From: Candidatus Zixiibacteriota bacterium
Lineage (GTDB): Bacteria > Zixibacteria > MSB-5A5 > GN15 > FEB-12
Direction of reading: 5' to 3'
DNA length: 19,513 bases
NCBI GenBank assembly: GCA_041742355.1
Contig: JBGSIV010000197.1
Coordinates: 1-19,513 of the forward strand
The notes beneath the pieces are model-generated. The model searched no databases. It saw nothing but the letters and a program-made list of their open reading frames with translations, and was not told where the DNA came from. The position numbers were made by a program, and so were the translations under genes. The number at the start of each line of letters is the position of its first letter. Position 1 is the first letter of the stretch. Shown here one piece after another: positions 1 to 8,120 of the stretch.

Positions 1-198
1 CATGGTAAGGTAGGTGCGCGGGCCGGCGGCGATACGCTGGAGGCGTTCGCGGACGCCGGGGTAGGGGGCGGCTTTCATGGGGTCGGCGACGAAGGGAGCG
101 AGGGTGCCGTCGTAGTCGAGCATGAGCAGGGCGTTGTCGGCCCGGGCGAGGGTGGTGAAGAAGCGGTCGAGGTTGCCGGAGTCGGTGAGCTGTTTCAC
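1..198 (-). CDS. otsB: Trehalose-6-phosphate phosphatase (HAD IIB family), 5' part; runs off the left edge of the window
   Basis: Not in the ORF track. Manual translation from GTG at 198: MKQLTDSGNLDRFFTTLARADNALLMLDYDGTLAPFVADPMKAAPYPGVRERLQRIA..., with HAD motif I DYDGTL-AP typical of OtsB. GGAGG Shine-Dalgarno upstream on the - strand. Confidence 0.85.
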   Translation of the reverse strand, partial: MKQLTDSGNLDRFFTTLARADNALLMLDYDGTLAPFVADPMKAAPYPGVRERLQRIAAGPRTYLTM

Positions 199-336
199 GC
201 GTTCGGACCTCCGGCAGGAGCGGCCGTGGGGGAGAGTCCGTGATGATTACGAAGATATGGGAGCATACTAATCGTAACGGTCGGGATGCCGGGGGGTTCC
301 GAGGGATGGAGGGAGGGAAATTCCCAAGAAAAGTCC

Positions 337-364
337 TTGATAATGTGGGCCGGGGGCGTATATT
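337..364 (+). promoter_or_regulatory. Putative sigma70 promoter for the tRNA
   Basis: TTGATA-16 nt-TATATT, about 45 nt upstream of the tRNA. Confidence 0.45.
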
Positions 365-410
365 TGTCGACTATATCGGTGGCGGCAGTGGCCGCCGCAG
401 AGGATCGTAA

Positions 411-483
<73 letters not shown>

Positions 484-524
484 TTTTTCTTTGGGCGGGA
501 GGGTCCGGGGGAGGCAATCGGGGC

Positions 525-553
525 TTGTATAAAAGACTGGCCTGCACTATTTT
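525..553 (+). promoter_or_regulatory. Putative sigma70 promoter, probably leaderless, for the phosphoesterase gene
   Basis: TTGTAT-17 nt-TATTTT, then 6 nt to the ATG at 560; no Shine-Dalgarno. Confidence 0.45.
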
Positions 554-559
554 CCCAGT

Positions 560-1711
560 ATGCAGAGACATCGGCAGTTCATGAGCGCGGTTGCCCTGTG
601 CCTGGCCCTGCCGGTGGTCGGGATCGCGGCGTCGGTGTCGGCCGCCGAAGTGCGCTTTGCGGCGATCGGCGATTACGGGGACAACGATATCGACGAGCGG
701 CGGGTGGCGGATCTGATCGACAGCCTCGCGGTCGATTTCGTGGTTACGACGGGGGACAACAGCTACGGTGCGGACCTGATCGACGAGAATATCGGGAAGT
801 TCTTCGCCCGGTTTATCGGCGGCTATACTGGGGCATACGGGCCGGGGTCGGATACAAACCGGTTCTTTCCGTCGCTGGGCAATCATGACTATTCGGATGG
901 CGCGGGGGTGAACGCGTACCTGAGTTACTTTACGCTGCCGGGGGCGGGGATTGCGACCACAGGGACATCGGGGAACGAGCGCTATTATGATTTCATAATC
1001 GGGCCGGTGCACTTCTTTGCCGTAAACAGCAACGTGCAGGAGCCGAATGGGAACGCGGCTTCGTCGGTTCAAGGCCAGTGGCTGCGGGCGCAACTGGCGG
1101 CGTCGACGACGCGGTGGCAGGTGGTATATCTGCACCACGCGCCGTATTCGTCGTCGACAAGCCATGGGTCACAGGCGGTGATGCAGTGGCCGTACGAGGC
1201 GTGGGGGGCGGATGTTGTACTGGCGGGGCACGATCACACGTATGAGCGGATTCTGCGCGATGATAACGGGGATGGTGATTCGCTGGCGTATTTCGTGACG
1301 GGCCTGGGCGGCAAGAGCCGGTATGGGTTTCCGAGCAGCGGGTTTGTGGCGGGGAGTCAGGCGCGGTACAACGCCGACTACGGAACGATGCTGATTGTGG
1401 CGAGCGATACGAGTATGCTGTTCCGGTTCTACTCGGCGGACAATGCGAAGATTATCGATACGTTTCTCGTGACCGAGTGCTGCGATCACAGAGGGGACGT
1501 CAACGGTGATGGGACGCTGGGGGGCGGGGCGAATGTGTCGGATGTGGTCGCGCTGGTGGGGCTGCTGTATGGGCAAGGGACGGTCGTGCCGTGCATGCGG
1601 GAGGCGGATGTGACGGCGGATGGAGGAGTAGGGTTGCCGGATCTGGTGTACCTGGTGGGGTACTTATTTCGGCAGGGACCGGAGCCGTTACCGTGCCGGA
1701 GTTTCGAGTAA
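560..1711 (+). CDS. Secreted calcineurin-like metallophosphoesterase (acid/alkaline phosphatase-like) with a C-terminal dockerin-type domain
   Basis: Signal peptide (AVALCLALPVVGIAASVSAA). Motifs GDYG, GDNSY, GNHD, HH and GHDH. C-terminal CC-x3-GDVNGDG...D...L and ADVTADG...DLVYLVGYLF...GP-P-PC duplicated Ca-binding repeats. Confidence 0.88.
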   Translation: MQRHRQFMSAVALCLALPVVGIAASVSAAEVRFAAIGDYGDNDIDERRVADLIDSLAVDFVVTTGDNSYGADLIDENIGKFFARFIGGYTGAYGPGSDTNRFFPSLGNHDYSDGAGVNAYLSYFTLPGAGIATTGTSGNERYYDFIIGPVHFFAVNSNVQEPNGNAASSVQGQWLRAQLAASTTRWQVVYLHHAPYSSSTSHGSQAVMQWPYEAWGADVVLAGHDHTYERILRDDNGDGDSLAYFVTGLGGKSRYGFPSSGFVAGSQARYNADYGTMLIVASDTSMLFRFYSADNAKIIDTFLVTECCDHRGDVNGDGTLGGGANVSDVVALVGLLYGQGTVVPCMREADVTADGGVGLPDLVYLVGYLFRQGPEPLPCRSFE

Positions 1712-1762
1712 GGGCGGGTTCTTCAGGGCGGGGCACTTCGTTACATTTTTCACAAATCAGCC

Positions 1763-1791
1763 TTGGATTTCCGCTTGACGCGGTGTATCTT
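1763..1791 (+). promoter_or_regulatory. Putative promoter for the aminotransferase, implying a long 5' leader
   Basis: TTGGAT-17 nt-TATCTT with an AT-rich segment upstream. Confidence 0.35.
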
Positions 1792-2020
1792 GGATCATCA
1801 GGTCCGCACTGGCGGGTCTGGTCGACCAGCGAGTGGCAGTTGCTCCGGCGGCTGTGGAGCTGTCCGGAATTTCAGATAGATTCGGGGCCGTCCGCCCCAC
1901 TGCAATAGAATCTCAGCGGGACGGCCGGGTCGCAGATCCGGGCGATCTCCTTGTCCTGGCGTTCATTCATACTCGGCGGCTGGGGAGCGGCCGCTGATGA
2001 CGACCAAGAAAGGGTTCTGC

Positions 2021-3229
2021 ATGCTGATCGATCAGAAGATGAAGGTCCACACCGATCAGTGGCACATTGCCAGCCACGTAGTCAAACTCGAATCATCGAT
2101 TATCCGTGAAATCCTGAAGATCTCGTCCAAGCCGGGGGTGGTCAATTTTGCCGGCGGGCTGCCGGCGCCGGATCTGTTCCCGCTGGATGACATTCGGTGG
2201 GCGACCGAGCAGGCGATAGCGCATTTCGGGCCGGATGCGGTGCAGTACGGCCTGTCGGCCGGGATGACGCAGCTGCGCGAACTGATCGCCGAGCGGGCGA
2301 CCGCGCGAGGGACGAAGACCGAGGCGAAGAATATTCAGGTTACAGCGGGGGGCCAGCAGGGGATCGAGCTGGTGGCGCGGGCGTTTATCGAGCGGGGGGA
2401 TTATATCCTGACCGAGAACCCGACGTATGTCGGCGCCTTGCAGGCGTTCAACTACTACGGGGCGCGGTACTGCACGGCGGATATGGACGACGAGGGGCTG
2501 GTTATCGACTGCGTCCGCAAGTGTATCGACAAGCACAAGCCGAAACTCATTTACACGATCAGCAATTTCCAGAATCCGACCGGGATCACGATGTCGGAGA
2601 GCCGCCGTCGGCAGTTGATCGAACTGGCGATCGGCTATGACATTCCGATAATCGATGACAATCCGTACGGGGATATCCGGTTCGCGGGCGAGCACCTTCC
2701 GACGCTGAAGTCGATCGGCGGGGATGAGGTGGTGGCGCTGCGGACGTTTTCGAAAGTGCTGGCGCCGGGATTCCGGGTCGGCTGGATGAACGGGCCGGCG
2801 GATATCATGGCGCATTTCGAGAAGGTGAAGCAGTGTACCGACCTTCACACGAATTCGCTCGGGCAGGCGATTATTTACGAGTATGTGAGGGCGGGGAAGC
2901 TTGAACCGCATATCGAGAAGATCAAGGTGAACTACCGTCACAAGCGGGATGTGATGGTGGCGGCGATGAAGGCGTCGTTCCCGGATGGGGTGACCTGGAC
3001 CGAGCCGGAGGGGGGGTTGTTCCTGTGGGTCGAGCTGCCGCTGGGGATGTCGGCGAAGGACTTGCTTCCGAAGGCGATCGAGAAGAAGGTGGCGTATGTG
3101 TACGGGGAGCCGTTCTTTGCGAACGGGGGCGGGGAGAATACGTTGCGGTTGAATTTTGCGACGGCGAGTCCGGAGGCGATCAAGGAGGGGATTGGGCGGT
3201 TGGCGGAGTTGGTGAGGGAGAGTATGTAG
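2021..3229 (+). CDS. PLP-dependent class I/II aminotransferase (LysN/ARO8-like; 2-aminoadipate or aromatic aminotransferase)
   Basis: Motifs FAGGLPAPDLFP, ENPTY, NFQNPTG, DDNPY, TFSKVLAPGFRVGW (PLP lysine), PEGGLFLW and LRLNF. Start moved to ATG 2021, which follows the SD-like AAGAAAGGG. Confidence 0.9.
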   Translation: MLIDQKMKVHTDQWHIASHVVKLESSIIREILKISSKPGVVNFAGGLPAPDLFPLDDIRWATEQAIAHFGPDAVQYGLSAGMTQLRELIAERATARGTKTEAKNIQVTAGGQQGIELVARAFIERGDYILTENPTYVGALQAFNYYGARYCTADMDDEGLVIDCVRKCIDKHKPKLIYTISNFQNPTGITMSESRRRQLIELAIGYDIPIIDDNPYGDIRFAGEHLPTLKSIGGDEVVALRTFSKVLAPGFRVGWMNGPADIMAHFEKVKQCTDLHTNSLGQAIIYEYVRAGKLEPHIEKIKVNYRHKRDVMVAAMKASFPDGVTWTEPEGGLFLWVELPLGMSAKDLLPKAIEKKVAYVYGEPFFANGGGENTLRLNFATASPEAIKEGIGRLAELVRESM

Positions 3230-3551
3230 GGGGGGAGCGGCGCCGGGGGATGTGTGCTGTGAAGGGAGCAAGACCTTGGTCCGGCTGGGGAACGAACAGA
3301 TTTTCTGGGCTGTCTGTACAGGATAACGTTGCTCGGTTGATCGGACGGCTGCACCGGTTCCACGCAAGGACAGACGCCACAACGACGTCTGCGTGATGCG
3401 CACAGCCAACGGTGACAGCGCGAATTGAGCATGAATTCATGATTGGATTAGTAGCAAAGTTGTCAAGTGAGGATCCGGAGTAACGAAGTGGTGAACAAAT
3501 GATGTACTAATAAGCGATGAGTCATCAACGTCAAACCATGGGAGGCTCTCG

Positions 3552-4349
3552 ATGTCACGGGAGAATCGATTGAGGGGCGATTGCGATGCGCAGGGGGCTA
3601 TCATGTGGACTCCAGAATTCACTGATGCGCTTGAGACAGTCAGGCGCATGTCGCGGGATTCGCGCATCGTGGTCTTTGCTCTCCTGACGTTCTCGCTTGC
3701 CAGTCTTATCATGCTCTTGAATGGTTATGACGACGGTTGGACCAAGCAGCGGATTGCGACCGTCAAGAGCGCTTTGATTCAGGATTGTGGAGGATCATTC
3801 AACGATTCGACGCTCAAGCTCGATATGAAGTCCGGGGCGAGTGGCTGGACAGCAGCCTATGCGCATGATAGAAGGTTCCTAAACTGCGCGGATCTCTACT
3901 CACAGTACGAGACCTTGAGAGACATGTACAACGAGGACATTCTCATGATCAGAGTCCCGGTGGTTGGCATGAGGGTGGATGCGAACTGGTTGGCGATATT
4001 ATCTTCAATAGGCTTGGCACTACTTCTGGGGGGACTGGTTACAGCGTTTCGGCGCGAGAGCAGGGCACTGCACTTCGCAGATAGCGAGGATATTTTGCGC
4101 CGCGCGCGTATGGAGAACTTCTTCTCCGAATGGATTGCACTGTGCGTTATCTGGTTTCCTGTTCTCGTGGCTGTACTTGTCTATAGGGAGGATTGGGCGA
4201 CTGTAGGACGCGGCCTCGACATCAACAGAGCTCTTTCGAGAACCACCAGTGTGATTGGAGGACTCGCCGTTTTGGGCTGCCTGATGCTTGCCTGTATTGC
4301 CACCGGGGAACTGCGTCGCCTTGTGAAGACACGAGGGAGAGATCGCTGA
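3552..4349 (+). CDS. Hypothetical membrane protein (about 4 transmembrane segments)
   Basis: 265-aa ORF with GGAGG SD and four hydrophobic stretches; visibly lower GC and different codon usage than the flanks; no family recognised. Confidence 0.6.
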   Translation: MSRENRLRGDCDAQGAIMWTPEFTDALETVRRMSRDSRIVVFALLTFSLASLIMLLNGYDDGWTKQRIATVKSALIQDCGGSFNDSTLKLDMKSGASGWTAAYAHDRRFLNCADLYSQYETLRDMYNEDILMIRVPVVGMRVDANWLAILSSIGLALLLGGLVTAFRRESRALHFADSEDILRRARMENFFSEWIALCVIWFPVLVAVLVYREDWATVGRGLDINRALSRTTSVIGGLAVLGCLMLACIATGELRRLVKTRGRDR

Positions 4350-4585
4350 TCGACTGCCACAGTGACAAGCTGGCGTTCGCTCAGCCATACGATGGTGGTG
4401 CTTAAGTCGGCAGTTGCGATCTGGAACCGGATAGCGCCCCCTCATGGAGTCGCCGTTACAGACGAGTGAGTCTCCAGTCGGGCTCGACGCGGTCGACTGC
4501 GTGGTGGAGTGGTCGCCGCGATAGAAGGTTGCTGTGGAACGTCACTATATGTGATGGACGGCCTTGATCAGTCATTGTCTATCTA

Positions 4586-5083
4586 TCATCGGCTGGGGAC
4601 GATCCCGGCGTATGCATTCTGCAAGGTCCTAAGGTCGATCCTATTCATTTGCATCAATGCCGCAAGGACGCGGTCGGAGCGGGCGGGATCGGAATCATCG
4701 ATCAATTCGCCCGTCGCGGCCGGGACGATCTGCCAGGAGAGTCCGAATTTGTCGGTGAGCCAACCGCACTGGCCCTCCTGGCCGCCGTCGGAGAGTCTCT
4801 TCCAGTAGTTGTCGATTTCTTCCTGCGAGTTGCAGTTCACCATGAACGAGATGGCGGGGGAGAATTTGAAGTGCGGGCCGCCGTTGAGGCCCATGAACCG
4901 CTGACCATCGATTTCGAACACGACGGTCATGACGCTGCCCTCCGGTGGGCCGGAGGATTTGGCGGCGGAGGGGCCGTAGTGGGTGATCTGGGTGATTTTT
5001 GAGTTGGGGAAGACGGAGGTGTAGAAGCGGGCGGCCTCCTCGGCGTTGCCATCAAACCAGAGGCAGGGCATAAGCTTGGGCAT
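4586..5083 (-). CDS. VOC/PhnB-like protein (3-demethylubiquinone-9 3-methyltransferase-like family)
   Basis: Motifs PCLWFDGNAEEAARFY, LNGGPHFKFSPAISF and QCGWLTDKFGLSWQIVP. Confidence 0.92.
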   Translation of the reverse strand: MPKLMPCLWFDGNAEEAARFYTSVFPNSKITQITHYGPSAAKSSGPPEGSVMTVVFEIDGQRFMGLNGGPHFKFSPAISFMVNCNSQEEIDNYWKRLSDGGQEGQCGWLTDKFGLSWQIVPAATGELIDDSDPARSDRVLAALMQMNRIDLRTLQNAYAGIVPSR

Positions 5084-5171
5084 GATTGATCCTTTCTGAC
5101 TATGTTTCGGGTTTAATCGGTATTACGCAGCCGTAGGGGGAAGGGATGGAGAAAATGTGGCGAAGGGGGCT

Positions 5172-5497
5172 GGCGGGAGTCGGAGGGACTCCCGCCCTAC
5201 AGGATCAGTCGCACGGACACGCGGAGCGTGTACGTGGCACGAGCCCCCACCCGTTGGGTGGGGTACAGAGGAATGAGGAATGTGTCAGGTGGGGACACCT
5301 GACACCACAAAGCCTGGATCCCGGGTCGTAGCCCGGGATGACAGTTTCTGATGGTTAGTTTGAGTATGCGAAGTTGGTGCAAATCAGTGTCAGGACCGCA
5401 AGGGTCCTGACCTACAAGAAGAGAAATCACATTAGGCGTACCCTCAAGGACACACAGAGTGTGTCCGTGGTACAAAAAGATGGCGTGTCCGTGGCAC
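5172..5497 (-). repeat. Array of heterogeneous REP-like hairpins: seven complete elements and one half element
   Basis: Hairpins at 5172-5200, 5212-5240, 5245-5266, 5282-5308, 5318-5342, 5389-5415 and 5445-5473, plus a half element at 5483-5497. Each is followed on + by a foot CTAC, GCAC, GTAC, CCAC or TGAC. Confidence 0.75.
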
Positions 5498-5503
5498 AGC
5501 GGG

Positions 5504-5527
5504 CTCGGCTATATACTCGGCTATATA
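5504..5527 (+). repeat. Perfect 12-bp tandem duplication CTCGGCTATATA x2
   Basis: Seen directly, just upstream of the predicted -35 of the dapF-like gene. Confidence 0.8.
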
Positions 5528-5531
5528 TTTG

Positions 5532-5562
5532 TTGTCCTCCGTTTGCGTTTTCCGTACATAAT
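5532..5562 (+). promoter_or_regulatory. Putative leaderless promoter of the dapF-trp operon
   Basis: TTGTCC-17 nt-TACATA(AT); ATG at 5568; no SD. Confidence 0.4.
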
Positions 5563-5567
5563 CCCCC

Positions 5568-6593
5568 ATGCGAATCAACTTTGCGAAATACCATGCGTTG
5601 CGGAACGACTTTCTCGTGATTGAGGCGGGGGAGTCGGCGTTGTCGAAAGCGCGGCTGGGGCGGATTGCGCAGCAGTTGTGCGATCGGAGGGCGGGGGTTG
5701 GGGCGGATGGGATATTGTATGTCAGTTCGCCGCGGCCGACGCGGCAGATGTGGACATCTGCCGCGCACGTGCAGAGGAGTCAGGTGAGGGCGCCAAACGT
5801 CGCACGGACACTTGACGCCACGGACACAGGTGTCAGGCGGGGTCGCCTGACACCACATCGAGTCGAGTTGGTTACTAAAGTCGATGTCTACAATGCCGAC
5901 GGATCGTGGGCGGAGAAGTCGGGGAATGGGCTGCGGATTGTCGGGCTGCATGAATTTCTGAAAGATAAGAGGAAGGTCCAAGGCCAGGGTCGGCAGCACG
6001 GCAAGAGTCAGCGGCAAGCCGGGGCGCAGAAGTGGTCGCTATTTGAGATGGGCGGGGTGGTCAGCGAGGTGCGGGTGCTGAAGAAGCAGGGGGCGGGGTA
6101 CATGGTGGCGACTGACCTGGGGAAGCCGCAGTTCCGGGCGGAGTGTGTGCCGGTGCGGACGAAACAGCAGTACATGGTGCAGGCGCCGCTGAAGATCGGC
6201 GGGCTGGCGTTTCCAGTGACGTGTCTCTCGGTGGGGAATCCGCACACGGTGCTGTTTGTCGACAATTTCGATTTTGACTGGAAGACGCTCGGGTCGGAGA
6301 TTGAACACCACGCGGCGTTTCCCGAGCGGACCAATTTTGATTTTGTCAGGATCGTGAATCGAAAGAAGCTCCAGGTGGCGGAATGGGAACGGGGGGCCGG
6401 GGCGACCGGGTCATCGGGGACAGGGGCGGCGGCTGCGGTTGCGGCGGCAGTCATGAACGGGTTGGCGGGACGCGACTGCGAGGTGGTGTTCGAGCCGGGG
6501 TCTCTCTTTGTGAAGTGGCACGAGGAGACCGATATGATCGAGCTGAGCGGTGCGGTGGAATATGTCGGCGAAGGAACGGCGGAAGTGCGATGA
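5568..6593 (+). CDS. dapF: Diaminopimelate epimerase-like protein with Ser in place of both catalytic Cys and in-frame insertions
   Basis: Motifs KYHALRNDF, CDRRAGVGADG, YNADGSWAEKSGNG, VGNPH, FPERTN, WERGAG-T-SSGTG. Stop overlaps the trpE start (ATGA). Confidence 0.8.
   Translation: MRINFAKYHALRNDFLVIEAGESALSKARLGRIAQQLCDRRAGVGADGILYVSSPRPTRQMWTSAAHVQRSQVRAPNVARTLDATDTGVRRGRLTPHRVELVTKVDVYNADGSWAEKSGNGLRIVGLHEFLKDKRKVQGQGRQHGKSQRQAGAQKWSLFEMGGVVSEVRVLKKQGAGYMVATDLGKPQFRAECVPVRTKQQYMVQAPLKIGGLAFPVTCLSVGNPHTVLFVDNFDFDWKTLGSEIEHHAAFPERTNFDFVRIVNRKKLQVAEWERGAGATGSSGTGAAAAVAAAVMNGLAGRDCEVVFEPGSLFVKWHEETDMIELSGAVEYVGEGTAEVR
5741..5856 (-). repeat. REP-like hairpins inside the dapF-like CDS
   Basis: GCGGCAGATG-TGGA-CATCTGCCGC-GCAC (5741-5768); GTCGCACGGACAC (5799-5811, identical to 5208-5220); GTGTCAGGCG-GGGT-CGCCTGACAC-CAC (5830-5856, sister of 5282-5308). 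Confidence 0.8.
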
Positions 6594-8056
6594 TAAGTTT
6601 GGCTGAAGTCCAGCGCCTGAACAAACAGGGGAACGTGATCCCGGTGTTCGATCGGATCCCGGCGGATCTTGACACGCCGGTGTCGGCGTACATGAAGCTG
6701 GCGACGGGGAAGGGGGAGTCGTTTTTGCTAGAGTCGATCGAGGGGGGAGAGAAAGTCGCGAGGTACTCGTTTCTCGGATTTGATCCGTTTCTAGTTGTCG
6801 AAGGAGAAGCGAACCGTGTTAGTCTGCGGCAAGGGAGGCAGATGCGCGAGATCGAGACCAATCCGCTGGAGTTTATCCGCGAGATGTTCGGATTCTATCG
6901 GCCGGTGAAGGTGGAAGGACTGCCGCGGTTCACCGGCGGCGCGGTCGGGTATTTCGGGTACGACACGGTCCGCTGGGTTGAGCAAATCCCGGACAACAAC
7001 CAGGATCCGATCGGGCTGCCGACGGTGCACCTCGGGTTGTACCGCAACCTCGTCGTGTTCGATCATCCCAAGCAGGATATCCTGCTGATTTGTAATATAC
7101 TCCATGAGCAGGGGGAGAAGGGACTTCGGGAGAAGTACCGCGAGGCGGTAGGCTCGATCGAGACATTTAAGAAGCGGTTGATGTCGCCGCTGCGTCGAAA
7201 GGTCGATGAGAAAGAGCGCGGCGGCAAGGTCAGGGCGCTCTACACGCAGGCAGAATACGAGAAGATGGTCGTTCGGGCGAAGAAGTACATTCGCGAGGGG
7301 GACATATTCCAGGTAGTGCTGTCGCAGCGGTGGGAAGTAGCCAGCGAGATCGATCCGCTGACGGTGTACCGTCGGCTGCGGCGGATAAATCCGTCGCCAT
7401 ACATGTTTCTGCTCAATATGGGGAGTGCCTCGGTGGTGGGGGCATCGCCGGAGATGCTGGCGCGGATCGAGCGCGGCACAATCGAGACGCGTCCGATCGC
7501 CGGGACACGGCCGCGGGGGAAAGACGAGCAGCAGGATGAGCGGCTGGCGGCGGACCTCTTGGCCGATCCGAAAGAACTGGCGGAGCACACGATGCTGGTC
7601 GATCTGGGGCGCAACGATGTCGGGCGGGTGAGTGTGCCGGGATCGGTCGCAGTGCCGCAGCAGATGGCGGTGGAGAAGTATTCGCACGTCATTCACCTGG
7701 TCAGCTCCGTGACGGGGAAAGTCAGCCGGGGGGTGAGTCCGGTGGAGGGATTGATGGCGTGTTTCCCGGCGGGGACGGTGTCGGGGGCGCCGAAGATCCG
7801 GGCGATGGAGATTGTCGATGAACTGGAGAAGTATCGTCGGGGGATCTATGCCGGAGCGGTGGCGTACCTTGATTTCTGGGGGAATCTGGACAGCTGTATA
7901 ACGATCCGGACGGTGGTGCGCAAGGGGAAGACGTATTTTGTCCAGGCGGGGGCGGGGATAGTGGCCGATTCGAAGCCGTCGCGGGAGTTTCGCGAGACGG
8001 AGGCGAAGGCGGGGGCGCTTCTGGCGGCATTGACCGGCAAACCTTACCGTAAATAG
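6590..8056 (+). CDS. trpE: Anthranilate synthase component I
   Basis: Motifs DLDTPVSAY, FLLES, GDIFQVVLSQR, NPSPYM, RPIAGT, EHTMLVDLGRND and GTVSGAPKIRAM. Start at ATG 6590 overlapping the dapF stop. Confidence 0.95.
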   Translation: MISLAEVQRLNKQGNVIPVFDRIPADLDTPVSAYMKLATGKGESFLLESIEGGEKVARYSFLGFDPFLVVEGEANRVSLRQGRQMREIETNPLEFIREMFGFYRPVKVEGLPRFTGGAVGYFGYDTVRWVEQIPDNNQDPIGLPTVHLGLYRNLVVFDHPKQDILLICNILHEQGEKGLREKYREAVGSIETFKKRLMSPLRRKVDEKERGGKVRALYTQAEYEKMVVRAKKYIREGDIFQVVLSQRWEVASEIDPLTVYRRLRRINPSPYMFLLNMGSASVVGASPEMLARIERGTIETRPIAGTRPRGKDEQQDERLAADLLADPKELAEHTMLVDLGRNDVGRVSVPGSVAVPQQMAVEKYSHVIHLVSSVTGKVSRGVSPVEGLMACFPAGTVSGAPKIRAMEIVDELEKYRRGIYAGAVAYLDFWGNLDSCITIRTVVRKGKTYFVQAGAGIVADSKPSREFRETEAKAGALLAALTGKPYRK

Positions 8057-8120
8057 CCTGCCTCTTTCTCCCGATAAGTGACGTATAAGCGGGTAACAAC
8101 CCCTGCGTGGAGCTATTCAG

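Noticed and set aside
3290..4580. Integron cassette explanation for the orphan gene
   Set aside because: I could not identify a convincing attC (RYYYAAC...GTTRRRY with paired boxes).
5146..5619. Short ORFs across the hairpin array
   Set aside because: They are translations of palindromic repeats with no protein-like motifs.
6383..6589. N-terminal extensions given in the ORF track for trpE (also argS from 16167, trpB from 12882, aminotransferase from 1997)
   Set aside because: They overlap upstream genes or lack an SD; downstream starts fit coupling or SD signals better.
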